64,000 bases of DNA from Octopus vulgaris (lineage: Eukaryota): assembly GCA_951406725.2 (NCBI GenBank), contig OX597815.1, forward strand, positions 185,566,001 to 185,630,000, written 5' to 3'. Below the pieces are notes generated by a model. It was not told where the DNA came from, made no database searches, and was given only the letters and a program-made list of their open reading frames with translations. Every line of letters starts with the position of its first letter. Within the stretch, counting starts at the first letter, position 1. Shown in pieces: positions 37,491-50,179 of this stretch. Both the position numbers and the translations under genes were made by a program.

Positions 37491-38056
37491 TTGGGTTGTC
37501 CAGAAAGTTCGTACCAATTTATAGTACTTAACTTTCGATTTATTTTAGGACATGGTTGAGTCCATAAAATAGGATTTGACTACACCTCCATTTAGAGCAC
37601 AGTTTCAGCTATCTTTTCGTGGAAGAAGGTTTATGTTCCTATAACCTGTGTTAATTCCGTAACCCTTCAAAATGGAAGATAAGAAAGTTCATTTTCAGCA
37701 CTTGATGCTTTGGGAACCAGACAAAAATTGCTGCAGCTTGGCTGGGTTGTCTTACCCCACCCTCCATATTCACCAGATATTGCTCCTTCGGATTTCCACT
37801 TATTCAGGTCTCTGCAGAATAGTCTTAATGGTAAAAATTTCAATTCCTTGGATGACGTAAAAAGATACCTTGATGAATTCTTTGCCATGAAACCACCTCA
37901 ATTCTGGGAAGAGGGTCTTTTCAAGTTAAAGGAAAGATGGAGACGCATTGTGCAAAAAAATGGTTCATATTTGGTTGATTAAAAATGTAATGGCAAGTAT
38001 TTATTGACCTTTTTTCTTTCCTTTAAAAATTGGCACAAACTTTCCGGACAACCCAA
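37491..38056 (+). mobile_element. Internally deleted mariner transposon (566 bp) with TIRs and TA target duplication
   Basis: TA|TTGGGTTGTCCAGAAAGTTCGTACCAATT ... AATTGGCACAAACTTTCCGGACAACCCAA|TA, with transposase remnants inside. Confidence 0.95.
37672..37982 (+). pseudogene. Mariner transposase remnant: N-terminal MEDKKVHFQHLMLWE fused out of frame to the C-terminal catalytic tail
   Basis: The HPPYSPDIAPSDFHLFRSL motif (mariner YSPDLAPxD) is followed by WEEGLFKLKERWRRIVQKNGSYLVD*. The HTH domain and the first two catalytic Asp residues are missing. Confidence 0.93.
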
Positions 38057-38437
38057 TACAAAGTACCAGTCAAGTACTGACCTTATTTGATATTCCTATA
38101 AAGCATCATGGATGAGAATCGAGATACGAAATGAGACTAAATCTATTAGCTGAATTCTAGGACAGTATAAGCCTAATATTGATGCACCACTACAGATCAC
38201 TTCCATAGGTAATATCTTTTATACCAACTTTGACATTACATTATATCCTTTGGATCTGAGATAATTGTTATCAGTTAGCTTAAGGTTAGCATTCCTTCAA
38301 TAGGTCTATGATAAAATATTTTACAACCACAACCATTTAGTCATCTTCCAGACATAGTGTAAGCAGGAACATACCATTCAATGAATCCTTTCTTTCCTTT
38401 TTAAACATGGTATTGTATGGTTTTTTAGAACACTTCT

Positions 38438-38866
38438 TATTTCTTTACTGCCCACAAAGAGCTAAACACAGAGGAGACAAACAAGGACAGAAAAACAGAT
38501 TAAGTTGATTATATCGACCCCAGTGCATAACTGGTACTTATTCAATCGACCCTGAAAAGATGAATGGCATAGTCAACTTCGGCAGAATTTGAGCCCAGAA
38601 CATAACGGCAGACAAAATACCTATTTCTTTACTACTCACAAGGGGCTAAACACAGAGGGGACAAACAAGGACAGACAAATGGATCAAGTCGATTATATCG
38701 ACTTGATCCATTTGTCCAGTGCGTAACTGGTACTTAATTTATCGACCCCGAAAGAATGAAAGGCAAAGTCAACCTCGGCGGAATTCGAACTCAGAACATA
38801 ATGGCAGACGAAATACGGCTATGCATTTCACCCGGCATGCTAACGATTCTGCCAGCTCACCACCTT
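38438..38866 (-). mobile_element. Family B SINE, dimeric
   Basis: tatttctttact...cacaga(g)g(g)gacaaacaaggacag occurs twice with a single head. Confidence 0.85.
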
Positions 38867-38974
38867 TAAGAACACTTCTTATATCTAGGAGAGTGAAATG
38901 ACCACATAAAGCCTTCTTTAGTAACATAGCAAAGCCTCAGGTCAATGTAAGAAATATGGATTTCAATTGTTAAT

Positions 38975-39578
38975 TTCCTTGTGAAGACCTATTGAGGTAA
39001 CTGAAATCAAAATCGCTGACGTGGCCTATGACGGTACTGCCTGATTGGCACTCGTGCCAGTGGAACATTAAAAGCACATCTGAATGTGATCGTTGCCAGG
39101 GCCACAGATTGGCTCCCGTGCCAGTGACACATGAAAAGCTCCATTTGAGCATGATCGTTGCCAATGTCACTTTATCGGCACATATGCTGGTGGCATGCTA
39201 CAAACAATATTTGAGGATGGTCGATGCCAGTGCTGCCGGAGCAGCTCCCATGCAGGTAGCATGTAAAAATACCTTTTGAGAGTGGTTGTTGCCAGAACCC
39301 TCTGACTAGCCCGCATGCCGGTGGCATGTAAAAGTGAAATGAAAATCGCTGATGTGGTTGATGACAGAACCACCTGACTGGCCCTCATGACAGTGGCACA
39401 TAAAAGCACCCACTACACTCTTGGAGTGGTTGGTGTTAGGAAGGGCATCCAGCTGTAGAAACCTTGCCAGAAGAGATTGAGCCTGGTGCAGCCTCTGGCT
39501 TACCAGTCCTCAGTCAAACTGTCCAACCCATGCCAGCATGGAAAGCGGACATTAAACAATGATGATGATGATGATGAT
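38975..39578 (+). mobile_element. Family C retroposon, long copy
   Basis: Colinear with 3620-4305, with a (gat)n tail. Confidence 0.85.
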
Positions 39579-39994
39579 AGGTACAGAATTTTCTTTTATA
39601 AAGCAGATTAAGCCATAATCAGTTCAATGAACTTCAATATTTTAACTGTTTTTGAAAGAACATGCCTTAAACAAACCTGATGCACCAACCACTCATTGTG
39701 AAGTGTTTATATTTAAAGTTTCATCTTCCTGTTAAGAACCTTTCACAATGTTTTTGTTTCAGACACTTAGTAACAAAAAAGTTTATTCTACAAAATACCT
39801 TCAAATTCTTGAGTGTTTTCAAAATCCAACACAACACAACATATTTCATTTAAATTAACAAAATAAAAGGCAACATCAATCTTGGTGGTGTTAAGATTCA
39901 AAATGTTGAAAAATGATATTAAATACCATGAGTTATTTAATTTAAATACCCTAGTGGGAGTTTCTGCCTGCAAATTGCATTGATAACCTCAGTT

Positions 39995-40206
39995 ACTCTC
40001 TCTCTTTTACTCTTTTACTTGTTTCAGCCGTTTGACTGTGGCCAAGCTGGAGCACCGTGTTTAGTTGAGCAAACTGACCCCAGGACTTATTCTTTGTAAG
40101 CCTAGTACTTATTCTATCGGTTTCTTTTGCCAAACCACTAAGTTACGAGGACATAAACACACCACCATCACTTGTCAAGCGATGTTGGGGGGACAAACAC
40201 AGACAG

Positions 40207-40255
<49 letters not shown>

Positions 40256-40420
40256 CATTCGACGGGCTTCTTTCAGTTTCCATCTACCAAATCCACTCAC
40301 AAGGCTTTGGTCAGTCCGAGGTTATAGTAGAAGACACTTGCCCAAGGTGCCACACAGTGGGACTGAACCCGGAACCATGTGGTTGGTAAGCAAGCTACTT
40401 ACCGCACAGCCATTCCTGTC
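39995..40420 (-). mobile_element. Family A SINE
   Basis: Colinear with 7971-8384. Confidence 0.88.
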
Positions 40421-40478
40421 TGCATTAATTTAGTTGCAGACAGGCAGACAGAGTCCATAGTCAGAAAATAGATGTTAG

Positions 40479-40516
<38 letters not shown>

Positions 40517-41663
40517 AAGCCCTATGTCAACCCTGCCTGAACATGCCTATGACCATCCCTATGTTTAGAGCATTACTAAGACAACATTATTTCTGTTTTC
40601 AAGTGGTTAGATGCAATTTGAGTGAGATTCAGCAATTAAACCACCAGCATGCAGAAGTTGCCTTATTGGTTTGCCATGGCTTGTTCGTTTTAATATCTGG
40701 TATGGTAATTTTCATTTACATTAATGATGATGTCATTGAGAATAACATGAACATCATAGAATCCAATTTCATTTCCTTTAAACGTATGAGGTTTCATACA
40801 AATATATATGAAATCATTATTTGAAATCATTGAATTGAGTCACGGTCGTATTATTGATAGAACAGCATATATAAACGCATCATTGATTTTTCAAATGTGC
40901 AGCAATGAAATAATATCCCCTAAGGTGTGAGACCTGACACTGAACACAAAATCATTTGGCTTCTCAGTGAACACAGAGCATAGGTGCCTTGGATTGGGTA
41001 ATATGATAATGATAAATGAGACCACATTCATTTCGTGCAAACTTTACATCGTTATCACTACGATTATATTCTCCAGTGTCCGTATCATTATTATTATTAT
41101 TATTAGCAATGTCACCAGCACCGACAGCTACATTGTCAACGCCATCGTCTTCGTTATAATTATCTTTATTGAGAAATCATCATTAATAGGAATAACAGCT
41201 ATGTGGCCAAGTTGTTAAATCAATGATTATAACAAGTGAGACTTCAAATACAGCCATAAATATTTGTTCATGGTTAGACTAGATAAGTCTGTAGGCTGAC
41301 TTGCTCTAGTTAATCAAGCAACATAATATTTATCACTTATATTTCATAGTTGATTGGTTAGTCTTAGAAAAGACATCAGGCGGTAAAAGTCATGCTTCAG
41401 CAATCAAGAAAAGAGTCCTTCGATTTGTGTAGTTATCACATTAATGAAATATTAGCTGCATCTTGTGACATTTCTTTTTTTTTCATACAAATGATAAAAT
41501 TTATATTTGGTCTTTTTTTTTTCACAAATATCTCAGACCATTACGTTTAATGAACTGCACAGAAAGTAAGACTTGAATTTTGAATTAATTCAATAGTTTT
41601 TCACACCTACAACGATTGCAATGACAACAATATTAAAACAAATAACAGTAATGATTAGAAGAC

Positions 41664-41872
41664 TTATTTCTTTACTACCCACAAGGCGCTAAACACAGAG
41701 GGGACAAACAAGGACAGACAAACGGATTAAGTCGATTACATCGACCCCAGTGCACAACTGGTGCTTAATTTATCGACCCCGAAAGGATGAAAGGCAAAGT
41801 CAACCTCGGCGGAATTTGAACTCAGAACGTAAAGACAGACAAAATACTGCTAAGCATTTCATCCGGCATGCT
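41664..41872 (-). mobile_element. Family B SINE
   Basis: Matches the family consensus. Confidence 0.85.
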
Positions 41873-41959
41873 ATGAGATGAGCTGGTGTTTTTACCAACC
41901 CACGCAATTCATTCTGCTTTATCCACATGCCTACAAGTGTCTACGTCCACCTCCAAGAC

Positions 41960-42255
41960 CAGTGGTTACCAAATGATATACTGTAGTACACTGATGTGTC
42001 ACAAGAAGTAGCTAGACACACCACAGAAGAAATAAAATTATATTTAAAATTTGGGAAAAAAATTCAAACTTGAATACTATGTTGCATGTATTGAGCAAAA
42101 AAAAAAAAATACTTCTTGTTTCTCATTGTTTAAATTACTCACATATACAAACAAATATATATATATTTTACTTCATACGTAAAGTGCACCAAAATATTTT
42201 TATCAATTCTAATGTGAACTATGAATAAAAATAAAAATAAAATTGGCAACCACTA
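41960..42255. mobile_element. Old hAT-like MITE
   Basis: The ends are CAGTGGTTACCAA and TTGGCAACCACTA. Confidence 0.4.
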
Positions 42256-42382
42256 GTTTAGATACATCAGCAATTCTTCAGCAACAGTTACACAGGTAAC
42301 CACCTGATCCAAACAAACAAAAACTCACAAACACACAAAATAACAATTTTAGATTGTTGATAATGTTTAGTAATATCTTAAA

Positions 42383-42772
42383 CTAGCAGTATCGCCCGGC
42401 ATTGCTTGGGTTTGTTTCGACCCTTTAGAATTGGAATCTTTGAAAAGTAAAAATTTTGCATTATGTAGCTTGTTATTCTCTTTAAGTGAACATTTTTCTG
42501 GTTGAAATACACCGAAAAATGGCAACACAGCAATCAAAAATTCGTAAAAAATAGGGATTTTCATAGAAAAAAAGCACCTTTTTGATGTAAATAATTTTTG
42601 GTTAATATGGTCCAATTTGAATTTTTTCTTCTACGGAAGGAAGAGCAAGCTTTCTTCTATCATACTCTTAATTTTGGTCAACTTGTGCCGCAGAGTCTTG
42701 GAGGAGATAGTTTTAGTTAAAGGCTATCAAACCTGCCATACACAGACAACTTCAGCTTTAGATATAGAGAGA
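42383..42772 (-). mobile_element. Non-autonomous Helitron (390 bp)
   Basis: The minus strand reads A|TCTCTCTATATCTAAAGCTGAAG ... CCCAAGCAATGCCGGGCGATACTGCTAG|T: 5' TC, a subterminal GC-rich hairpin, 3' CTAG, inserted between A and T. Confidence 0.8.
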
Positions 42773-43489
42773 TTATTGACAATGTTTTGAACAGTTCAAG
42801 TTCAATGTTAGCCATTGCGGAAGCAATTATTTTGACCAGAAAATTCCATAATGGACAGTAAAATATACTCAACATTGCTTCACATATTTAACGATTTCCA
42901 TAACAAATTGCATTACAATGTCCCAGAAAATAGAAATCTTACTTTAGCCTATCTAAGGTGCATGTTTTATGTGATATACCAGAACTTTTCATTATCTCCT
43001 TCTTTAATGCCAGCCAGGTCTGCTGAAATAGACAAGGCTGGTACAATCGAAGGACCAAGAACAGAAGAAAGAAAGGAATTCAGCAACAAATTGGTATCAA
43101 GTGTAATGCCCGCTTAGATGAAAATTAATTAATTAATCATGCTCAGACAATAGGCACTGATTGAATCTAGAACCAACCACATGGTTCCAGGTTCTGTTCA
43201 ACTGTGCAGTACCTTCGGCAAGTGTTTTTTTATTATAACCACGGACCAATCATGGCCTTGCAAGTTGATTTGGTAGATAGAAACTGAAAGAAGCCAGTCA
43301 TACATAAGGGTATCCAGCTATAGAAATCATGCCAAAGCAGATGATGGGACAGGGTGCAGCTCCCTGGTCTTGCTGGCTTCTGTCAAACTGTCCAACCCAT
43401 GCCAGCATGAAAAATGAATGTTAAAAGATAATGACAAAAGATGGTGATACAGTTCTAGGAGGAGGGAGGAATTTCAACCGTGTTTCGTA

Positions 43490-43725
43490 GAGGAATTATT
43501 TACATTATTTACATTTGATGGATATTTACATTTGACAGGCAGTGACCTCAATAATAATAATGATAATAATCATAATAATAATAATATCGAAAAATACATT
43601 AGGAATGAGAACCCAGTTTCGAAATTTCCCCAAGACACCTGATGAAGGCTGGAGGGTATATCAGCCGAAACGTGTAAACAACAAACAAAATGAGGACAAA
43701 TATCCGTCAAGTGTAAATAATGTAA
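43490..43725 (+). mobile_element. Dispersed copy of family D repeat (hammerhead core 43634-43680) preceded by a short inverted piece of its own 3' end
   Basis: GACAC-CTGATGA-A-GGCTG..CAGCC-GAAACGT is present. 43490-43527 (gaggaattatttacattatttacatttgatggatattt) is the reverse complement of the unit's tail. Confidence 0.72.
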
Positions 43726-44368
43726 GTAATGAAAGATGATGATGATGATGATGTGTGAGTGTGTGTATATGCATGCATGGGAGGGTGTGTGTGTGCGTGT
43801 AGGTGTGTTTATGTCTTCTCATCTTAATGTCATGTGATAGTTGTGAAAACGAGTGTCTCTCGTCATAGAAACAGTGTCAATCATTTCCAGTAATCAACAA
43901 AAACATGTCTGGTCATGAGGAAACATAGTCTCACTTGGAAATAGGTGAAGGTGAGTGGCAAGAAAAGCATCCAACTGTAGGAAATTTGCCTCAATAAACT
44001 CCACTCAGCCCATGCAAGCATGGAAAATTGAACATTAACATGAATGATGATGAAACAATACTAAAGTTAAGAACTTAATCCTTACCAATAAAATATTCTA
44101 AATAATTCAAAGAAACTAAACTTATCTCTTAACCGCAATGATTGACAATTTCATAAATTGACAATTTCGTAGAAATAGCTTATCATAATAAAAAAAATAA
44201 ACATAATGTCAAGTCGTTTTACGTATATTTACAAGCTTAACAAGGTGTTAAGGATTATCAGAATAAACAATTGTCATGATAAGCACTGCCAAATAAAAGT
44301 AAACTTCTGAAAAATTTTGCTCAAAACAGTTTTGTGAAAGGCATAAACTGTGTTTAATCTTATTTTAA

Positions 44369-44756
44369 CTCTTCAGCGTTCAGATTACTCTGTCAAATTT
44401 AAAGCTTGTTTATTCACATGGTTTTGAATTAGTCGTGCATTATATTGTAGTTTTGAGATTTTGATGATGTGATTGTTTATTTTTAGAATGACATTATAAG
44501 ATAGGTGTGAGAGGCCAGATATGGCCAGTTAAACCCTTAAGCATTCAGATTACACTATCAAATGTAAAGCATATTTTTTCCGCATTGTTTTGAATTAGTC
44601 ATGCGTTATCATATAGCGTTAAGATTTCAATGATGTAACTGTTGATTTTTCGAATGACATTGAAGAGTAGGTGTGAAAAGCCTGATCTGCCCTATTTAAA
44701 CAAGAAACAGGTAGAATACTTAGGGGCTGTTTATGGCTTGTTTAAATATTATAGGG
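44369..44756. mobile_element. Second TTAA-type MITE family, two diverged copies in tandem
   Basis: TTAA|CTCTTCAGCGTTCAGATTAC at 44365 and aaCCCTTAAGCATTCAGATTAC at ~44532 begin colinear ~165-bp bodies. The array ends in ATAGGG|TTAA. Confidence 0.65.
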
Positions 44757-44979
44757 TTAAAGTGGAGAAAAGGGAGCATGAAAGAGGAACTATGGTAAGT
44801 AAAATGACAAATTTTTTGTCAAAGATGTGTTAATGTATGAATTTTCTAATTTTATCCCACACATATATGCCCCAATATTAGACTATTTTCTGTAGTCAAT
44901 ACACGGTGAGTACTTATAAGCTTCAAGAATTGTAAAACTTGGCACCGCTTATCATATCATCGCAAAGTACATGTATATA

Positions 44980-45195
44980 TTCTTTTCTACTCTAGACACA
45001 AGGCCCGAAATTTTGTGGGAGGGGCCAGTTGATTAGATCGACATCAGCACACAACTGGTATTTAATTTATCGACCTTGAAAGGATGAAAGGTGAAGTCAA
45101 CTGCAGCAGAATTTGAACTCAGAACATAAGGACAGACGAAATACTGCTAAGCATTTCACCCAGCATGCTAACATTTCTGCCAGCTCACCACCTTA
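44980..45195 (-). mobile_element. Family B SINE
   Basis: Matches the family consensus. Confidence 0.85.
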
Positions 45196-45268
45196 GAATA
45201 CATATATATATATAATAAATACATGTGTGTGTATAAACATATATATATATATATATACACACTCACAT

Positions 45269-45299
<31 letters not shown>

Positions 45300-46129
45300 C
45301 ACACACTCACATACACACACACAGAATATAGATGTATAAATACCACTATATTACATTTTATATTTTTAACTATTTTGGCATTTATTCCATACTTTCTACA
45401 AATTGCCAACACTAAAGGACAATTTGAAAAATGCACTTATGCTATATTGATCATAATTATTGATCTGGGTGGTAAAAAGAGCTGGAAAAATCTAAAAAGA
45501 AATATCTAGGTTAAAAATCCGAAAAACTGCTCGATTCATCAAGCTGACACATTTTACATGAACCGATTGTAACAATTTTCCTTAACTGAAGTAACATCCA
45601 AGATCTTCCCTCGTGTATATATGTGCATATGAAATTCCATTTAATCAAGATAAATGTAAATTATGTACATGACTGCACCAAGTGTTGACCTAATGCATTT
45701 GTATGTATTTGAATATGTCTGAGGCAGTGTTGTTTTGCTCTCGTTTAAATGCTAGGAGGGGAAAGCAGCGAGACTAGGTTAGAGAGCTGTTCAGAAAGTA
45801 AACTCGGTAAGCAATTGATGACTAAATAAAGGATTACTGAAGCATTGGTGACAGGCTAACAAATAATTCTGTGTGTGTATGCGTGGGTTTGGTAGTGGAA
45901 GGGGTTCCTTGTTTGCTATTTATTTTTCTTCTCTCCCAAGATCTTAACTGTAGGTAGTAAATGTATATGACCTTCAACAGCTGGTTCATTGTGGATCAAT
46001 TCTCTTAACAGCCTTTGACATTTCAATCAGATAAATGTTCTTATTTTTCTTCTCTTATTTTCCCTCTTACCTTTTTTTCATTTTTATTTTTTCTTATTTT
46101 TCTATCTTTTATTGTTATCATAAGAAATA

Positions 46130-46184
<55 letters not shown>

Positions 46185-46230
46185 CATCGTCATCATAATT
46201 GTCATAAGAAATATTATTATCATTATTATT
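46130..46230. repeat. (ATT)n microsatellite (others at 31983-32023 and 33428-33488; (GTT)n at 40479-40516)
   Basis: Directly visible. Confidence 0.9.
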
Positions 46231-47289
46231 TGTTGAGTATATACTTTGTCAGTGAATCATTTAATTCCGTCGGAAGTAGGTGGAGTGATGGCAGTTTCAG
46301 ATTAGTTCTACTTGTTATGTTTCAGAAAACTGAAGACACATACATACAGATGTAAGCATGCATGTACACATGCATGCATATACAGCTGCACACACACACA
46401 CACACAAATATACAGCTCCATGTATGCAGGCAAGAAAAAAAAATCTGCTGTTGCTGCTGAGAATAAGCATTCCCTCAGTAAAGCTCAAACTCCCAGTTTG
46501 CCAAGTGCTCCATCTTCCCATTCGTTTTTAACATATAGGAAAGAATCCCTGACATAGACAGGCTTTAGTAGCCACACCAACTCAGACATACATACCAGTT
46601 ATGTATCATGGTCTTCTTAGACAATGAAAGACAAACATTATGTATATCGCAAGTACGTTCAGCCTAGGAAGGCAAGGTAAGCACTGCCTACCTTGAATAA
46701 AGTAGATCAATAGCAACATTTTCCTTTTATGGCAAAACATGCTCCTAATTCAATAAAATTATGAAGCTTACCCTGATTACTATGCATAAAATGCAAAATA
46801 TTTTATTTTTTTGTAGATTAGGTAGGCATTATTCGCCCCTGCTTTTCAATCTCAGTATTTAAGCTAAGCATAGTACTGCTGTAGTACACATGTTGCGTAC
46901 ACTCCTACAACACCGTTTTATTTACGTGCTCTAAAGGCAGTAATAAATCTGCCCCCAACTCAGTCATGCAGCTGTGTTTTTACTTATTTTTTGTGTGTTT
47001 TACTACATAAAGGTCACCAACTGCCTACCCTGAGTAAATACTGATGGCACATGCCTGGTATGTATGTATGTGTATAGGAATGGTTGTATGTATGTGTATA
47101 GGAATGGTTGTATGTATGTAAGTGTGTATGTTTGCATTTATACATGTTATATGTAACCATGTGTATGTCTAATGGCTATTTTTTTTTACATCCGTGTCTT
47201 TTGCTTTCTGCTATTACAAGTACTGGGTACAACATATATATTCACCCATTATTCGTTTTATAAAGTAAAAAGTTTTAGTTTTTGATTAA

Positions 47290-47495
47290 CAGACAGAGTC
47301 AAGACTATTGAAAAGGTTGCAAGACACAACTAAAATTTGAGGAAAATAAAAATGAGAAATAAGTGGAAATTTTATCGGTGAGAGTGCTAAATTATAAGAC
47401 ACAAAAAGAAAATGACTCTCCTTGGGCACAATAGAATAAGCTTCAACACACGAACTCATATAAAGAATCTTGCAAACCAAATACAAAAACGAAAT
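47290..47495 (+). mobile_element. Family F repeat, single uninterrupted copy
   Basis: agagtcaagactattgaaaaggttgcaaga...aagaatcttgcaaaccaaat is colinear with the 6680-6820 segment plus the reverse complement of 6560-6630. Confidence 0.6.
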
Positions 47496-47512
47496 ACAGA
47501 CAGATTGTTACA

Positions 47513-47929
47513 TTTACTCTCTTTTACTCTTTACTCTTTTACTTGTTTCAGTCATTTGACTGCGGCCATGTTGGAGCACTGCCTTTTAGTCAAGCAAATC
47601 GACCCGGGACTTATTCTTTGTAAGCCCAGTACTTATTCTATCGGTCTCTTTTGCCGAAACACTAAGTTACGGGGACGTAAACACACCAGCATCGGTTGTC
47701 AAGCAATGTTAGGGGGACAAACACAGACACACAAACACATACACACACATATATATATATATATACGACAGGCTTCTTTCAGTTTCCGTCTACCAAATCC
47801 ACTCACAAGGCTTTGGTCGGCCTGGGGCTATAGCAGAAGACACTTGCCCAAGATGCCACGCAGTGGGACTGAACCTGGAACCATGTGGTTGGTTAGCAAG
47901 CTACTTACCACACAGCCACTCCTGCGCCT
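47513..47929 (-). mobile_element. Family A SINE
   Basis: Colinear with 7971-8384, with a (ttttactc)n tail. Confidence 0.9.
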
Positions 47930-48207
47930 ATATACTAATAATATTTCACATAATATTTACAATTCAAAATGAATTCACCAAAGCCCTCAATCTTTTCACA
48001 ACAGAAATACATAAAATATTAAATTCAAATAATAGGTAAATGTATATATCACACCCAGTTTAAATGATGTCAACAATCTGTTTTATAGCCTGATTGATTG
48101 ACAAATTTGTGTATGTGTGTGTGTGAGAGAGTGAGAGAGAGAGAGAGAGAAAGAGAGAGACCTAAATATAGAAAATTTTATAAATTGAAGTATCTTATTT
48201 ATTATAT

Positions 48208-48431
48208 ATTCTTTTATTCTTTTACTTGTTTCAGTCATTTGACTGCAGCCATGCTGGAGCACCACCTTTATTCGAGCAAATTGATCCCAGGACCTATTCT
48301 TTGTAAACACAGTATTGATTCTATCAATCCCTTTTGCTGAACCGCTAAGTTATGGGGACGTAGATTCACCAGCATCAGTTGTCAAGCAATGTTGGGGTGA
48401 CAAATACAGACCCACAAACACACACACACAC

Positions 48432-48466
<35 letters not shown>

Positions 48467-48631
48467 CGACAGGCTTCTTTCAGTTTCCATCTACCAAATC
48501 CGCCTCACAAGGGTTTGATTAGCTCAAGGCTATAGTAGAAGACACTTGCCCAAGGCTCCATGCAGTGGGACTGAACCCAGAACCATGTGGTTGGTAAGCA
48601 AGCTACTTACAACACAGCCACTCCTGCGTCT
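48208..48631 (-). mobile_element. Family A SINE
   Basis: Colinear with 7971-8384. Confidence 0.85.
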
Positions 48632-48741
48632 ATATATGTTAAATAATTTTGCAAATCTACTTATGATTACCAAATTATTTCCTGCCATAAATTCTATTAT
48701 GATGAAACCAAATTGGTTCAGGATATATATAGAAATATATG

Positions 48742-48989
48742 CAGGGTGTTCAAAAAGTCTCTCCGCAGTAAGTATTTTATTGCAAAATAAAAAAAATCTA
48801 TAAGATGGTATAAGACTAAAAAAGAATATATTAGACTTTACAAGACTTGAGAAAAACTTTATAAGAGGTGTTGAAAGTGTCGTCCTTCATTTTCAATACA
48901 TAAGTTGACTCTTCTACACATGTCTTGAAATACATCTTGGATGAAAAAATAAAAAGTCACTGCGGAGAAGAGACTTTTTGAACACCTTG
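48742..48989 (-). mobile_element. Tc1/mariner-superfamily deletion derivative (248 bp)
   Basis: The TIRs are CAGGGTGTTCAAAAAGTCTCTCCGCAGT and ACTGCGGAGAAGAGACTTTTTGAACACCTTG|TA. The minus strand keeps a transposase-like C-terminus, MCRRVNLCIENEGRHFQHLL*. Confidence 0.85.
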
Positions 48990-49139
48990 TATGTGTGTGT
49001 GTGTATATATATATATGTGTATATATACATGTAGAAGTAGGTACGTACATATATGTATGTATATATGCATATGTTTTATTTTATTTATTAATTTATTATA
49101 TGACGGAAGGCACGCATCCATTTCTAAGTAAGATTGTTC

Positions 49140-49189
<50 letters not shown>

Positions 49190-49406
49190 CATTACATTAT
49201 AGGGTTCAGTAAGAAAATTTACTTTACCACACACCGAACTTTTAGAAATAGCAGCCAAAGAATTTTAGCTATTTCATCTACTACAAGAAAAGTCTCCCAG
49301 ACAATGTATACTCAAAAATAATTCACGTAGGTATAGAGGGAAAAATAACGAAAGATCACACGTACATCGATTACTTTTGTCATAAAAAATATATACCTGC
49401 ATGTGT

Positions 49407-49439
<33 letters not shown>

Positions 49440-49861
49440 AGTAAACTTTTTTATTTACTTATTATTATATTTTTCATTTATTATTCTAAGAAAGAAAATG
49501 GAACATGTTGCTTAAATGCTTTTAGTGAGGATTAGGTGTAAGCGTTTTTTTAGAGCAAACATTTGTATCAGTGTATGTGTGTATTTGTGTGCGTGAGTAG
49601 CATTCAAGTATATGCACACATTTGAGTGTGTTTCTGAAAACACATAGAAAATGTGTGTGTGTGTGTGTATACACATTTTCCATATGGAGTTTTGTTATTC
49701 TCCTACTTTGGTAATATAGTGATCAGCATCAGACAATAAGAATGCTGCCACTGGCAATTCCACGAAATTAGCATAACTAATAGAAACACTAACCAAACTC
49801 TAACAGCTGCTGTTGCTTTTAATTACGATTAATTAAAATTGTAATAATGAGGCTTTTACAC

Positions 49862-50179
49862 TAGCACAGATATGTATGATATTATTATGGTGCTATGTCT
49901 TTTCATCCGACGTCACTTCGTCAAACGTCTTTTGGTCTGACGTCGTTTTGTCCGATGACTTTTTTCGTCCCACAGCAAATCCTATCAATAAATTTCTCAA
50001 TGATCTGATTCAGATGTCCATCTTGTTCTCTGAAGAGTTTATTTAAAATTGGACAAAAAGTTGTCAAACAAAAGAAATCATTGGACAAAAAGACGTCGAA
50101 CCAAAAGTCATGGACGAAATAACGTTGGACAATGTGACATTGAAGGAAAAGTCAGGTCACGCATTATATATCTCTGCTA
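49862..50179. mobile_element. Degenerate foldback element with ~15-bp subterminal repeats
   Basis: The left half repeats ttt(t)gtccgacgtc-like units and the right half repeats the complement (gacgtcggacaaaa-like). The outer ends are tagcacagatat and atatctctgcta. Confidence 0.55.

Noticed and set aside
47412-47972. 186-aa ORF and similar ORFs ending ...GTMWLVSKLLTTQPLLRL
   Set aside because: These are antisense translations of family A SINE copies and recur at every copy.
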